Shown one piece after another: positions 63,639 through 64,000 of a stretch of DNA of 64,000 bases. Origin of the DNA: Phallusia mammillata (taxonomy: Eukaryota); assembly GCA_965637545.1 (NCBI GenBank), contig OZ281494.1:9176001-9240000 (forward strand). Reading direction: 5' to 3'. A program made the translations under genes and the position numbers. Position 1 is the first letter of the stretch; each line of letters starts with the position of its first letter. The notes below the pieces were generated by a model. The model was not told where the DNA came from, did not search any database, and was given only the letters and a program-made list of their open reading frames with translations.

Positions 63639-64000
63639 AATCTTGTCCAGGGCTGTGTAAATCTCAGTGAAATGTTGCTAGATAAAAGAAAGACAATGCT
63701 ACTTTGTTTTTACTGATAGCAACACGCAATGACAAATCACACAGAATGTATGTTCTGAGTAATAAATGCATTTAGCTTTTGCCAACAGTACTCCGGTACA
63801 AAAATTTGTTCTGCCATACACAGCAGGCAAAAAGTTTAAATTGTCAACCAAAAGTATCAAATCAAGATTTTTAGATCACCAAAATGCAAAAAATTACAGC
63901 ATGAAGAAAAAAGGCAACACCACAAATGCTACATTACAATTTAAAAGGCCAATGTGTCAGGCTGATGATGTTAATGGCAGATTTGGAACTAAACTACAGG

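Noticed and set aside
1-64000. Remaining 60-120 aa six-frame ORFs; tRNA/rRNA search (ggttcga words at ~22551 and ~31449)
   Set aside because: The ORFs are intronic or antisense chance frames with no motifs; no cloverleaf or rRNA-like sequence surrounds the T-loop-like words.

Overview
AT-rich, intron-dense eukaryotic DNA, probably from an invertebrate chordate such as an ascidian (inference from gene content and splice style). All gene models were spliced by hand using GT/GC-AG sites and reading-frame continuity. Left end: a tandem cluster of two intact 3-exon profilin-fold genes (199-1157, 6218-6979) that both carry an N-terminal signal-peptide-like leader, plus a decayed third copy between them (~2348-2950). 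Apparently secreted profilins are the most unusual signal in the window. Most of the window is one minus-strand 17-exon tectonic gene (TCTN2-like, 49608->9762, ~768 aa). Its 28.3-kb intron 12 holds a nested antisense secreted TSP1-domain gene and many hAT fossils and MITEs. Its intron 10 holds a nested antisense 7-exon Ser/Pro-rich gene ending in a motif resembling the LINE ORF2 linker. Head-to-head with TCTN2 is a WSC-domain sulfotransferase (WSCD-like) with degenerate catalytic motifs, followed by golgin-84 (GOLGA5, with a GC-AG intron). The right end contains a ~130-bp Penelope-like fragment carrying a minimal hammerhead ribozyme motif. No rRNA, tRNA or CRISPR was seen.
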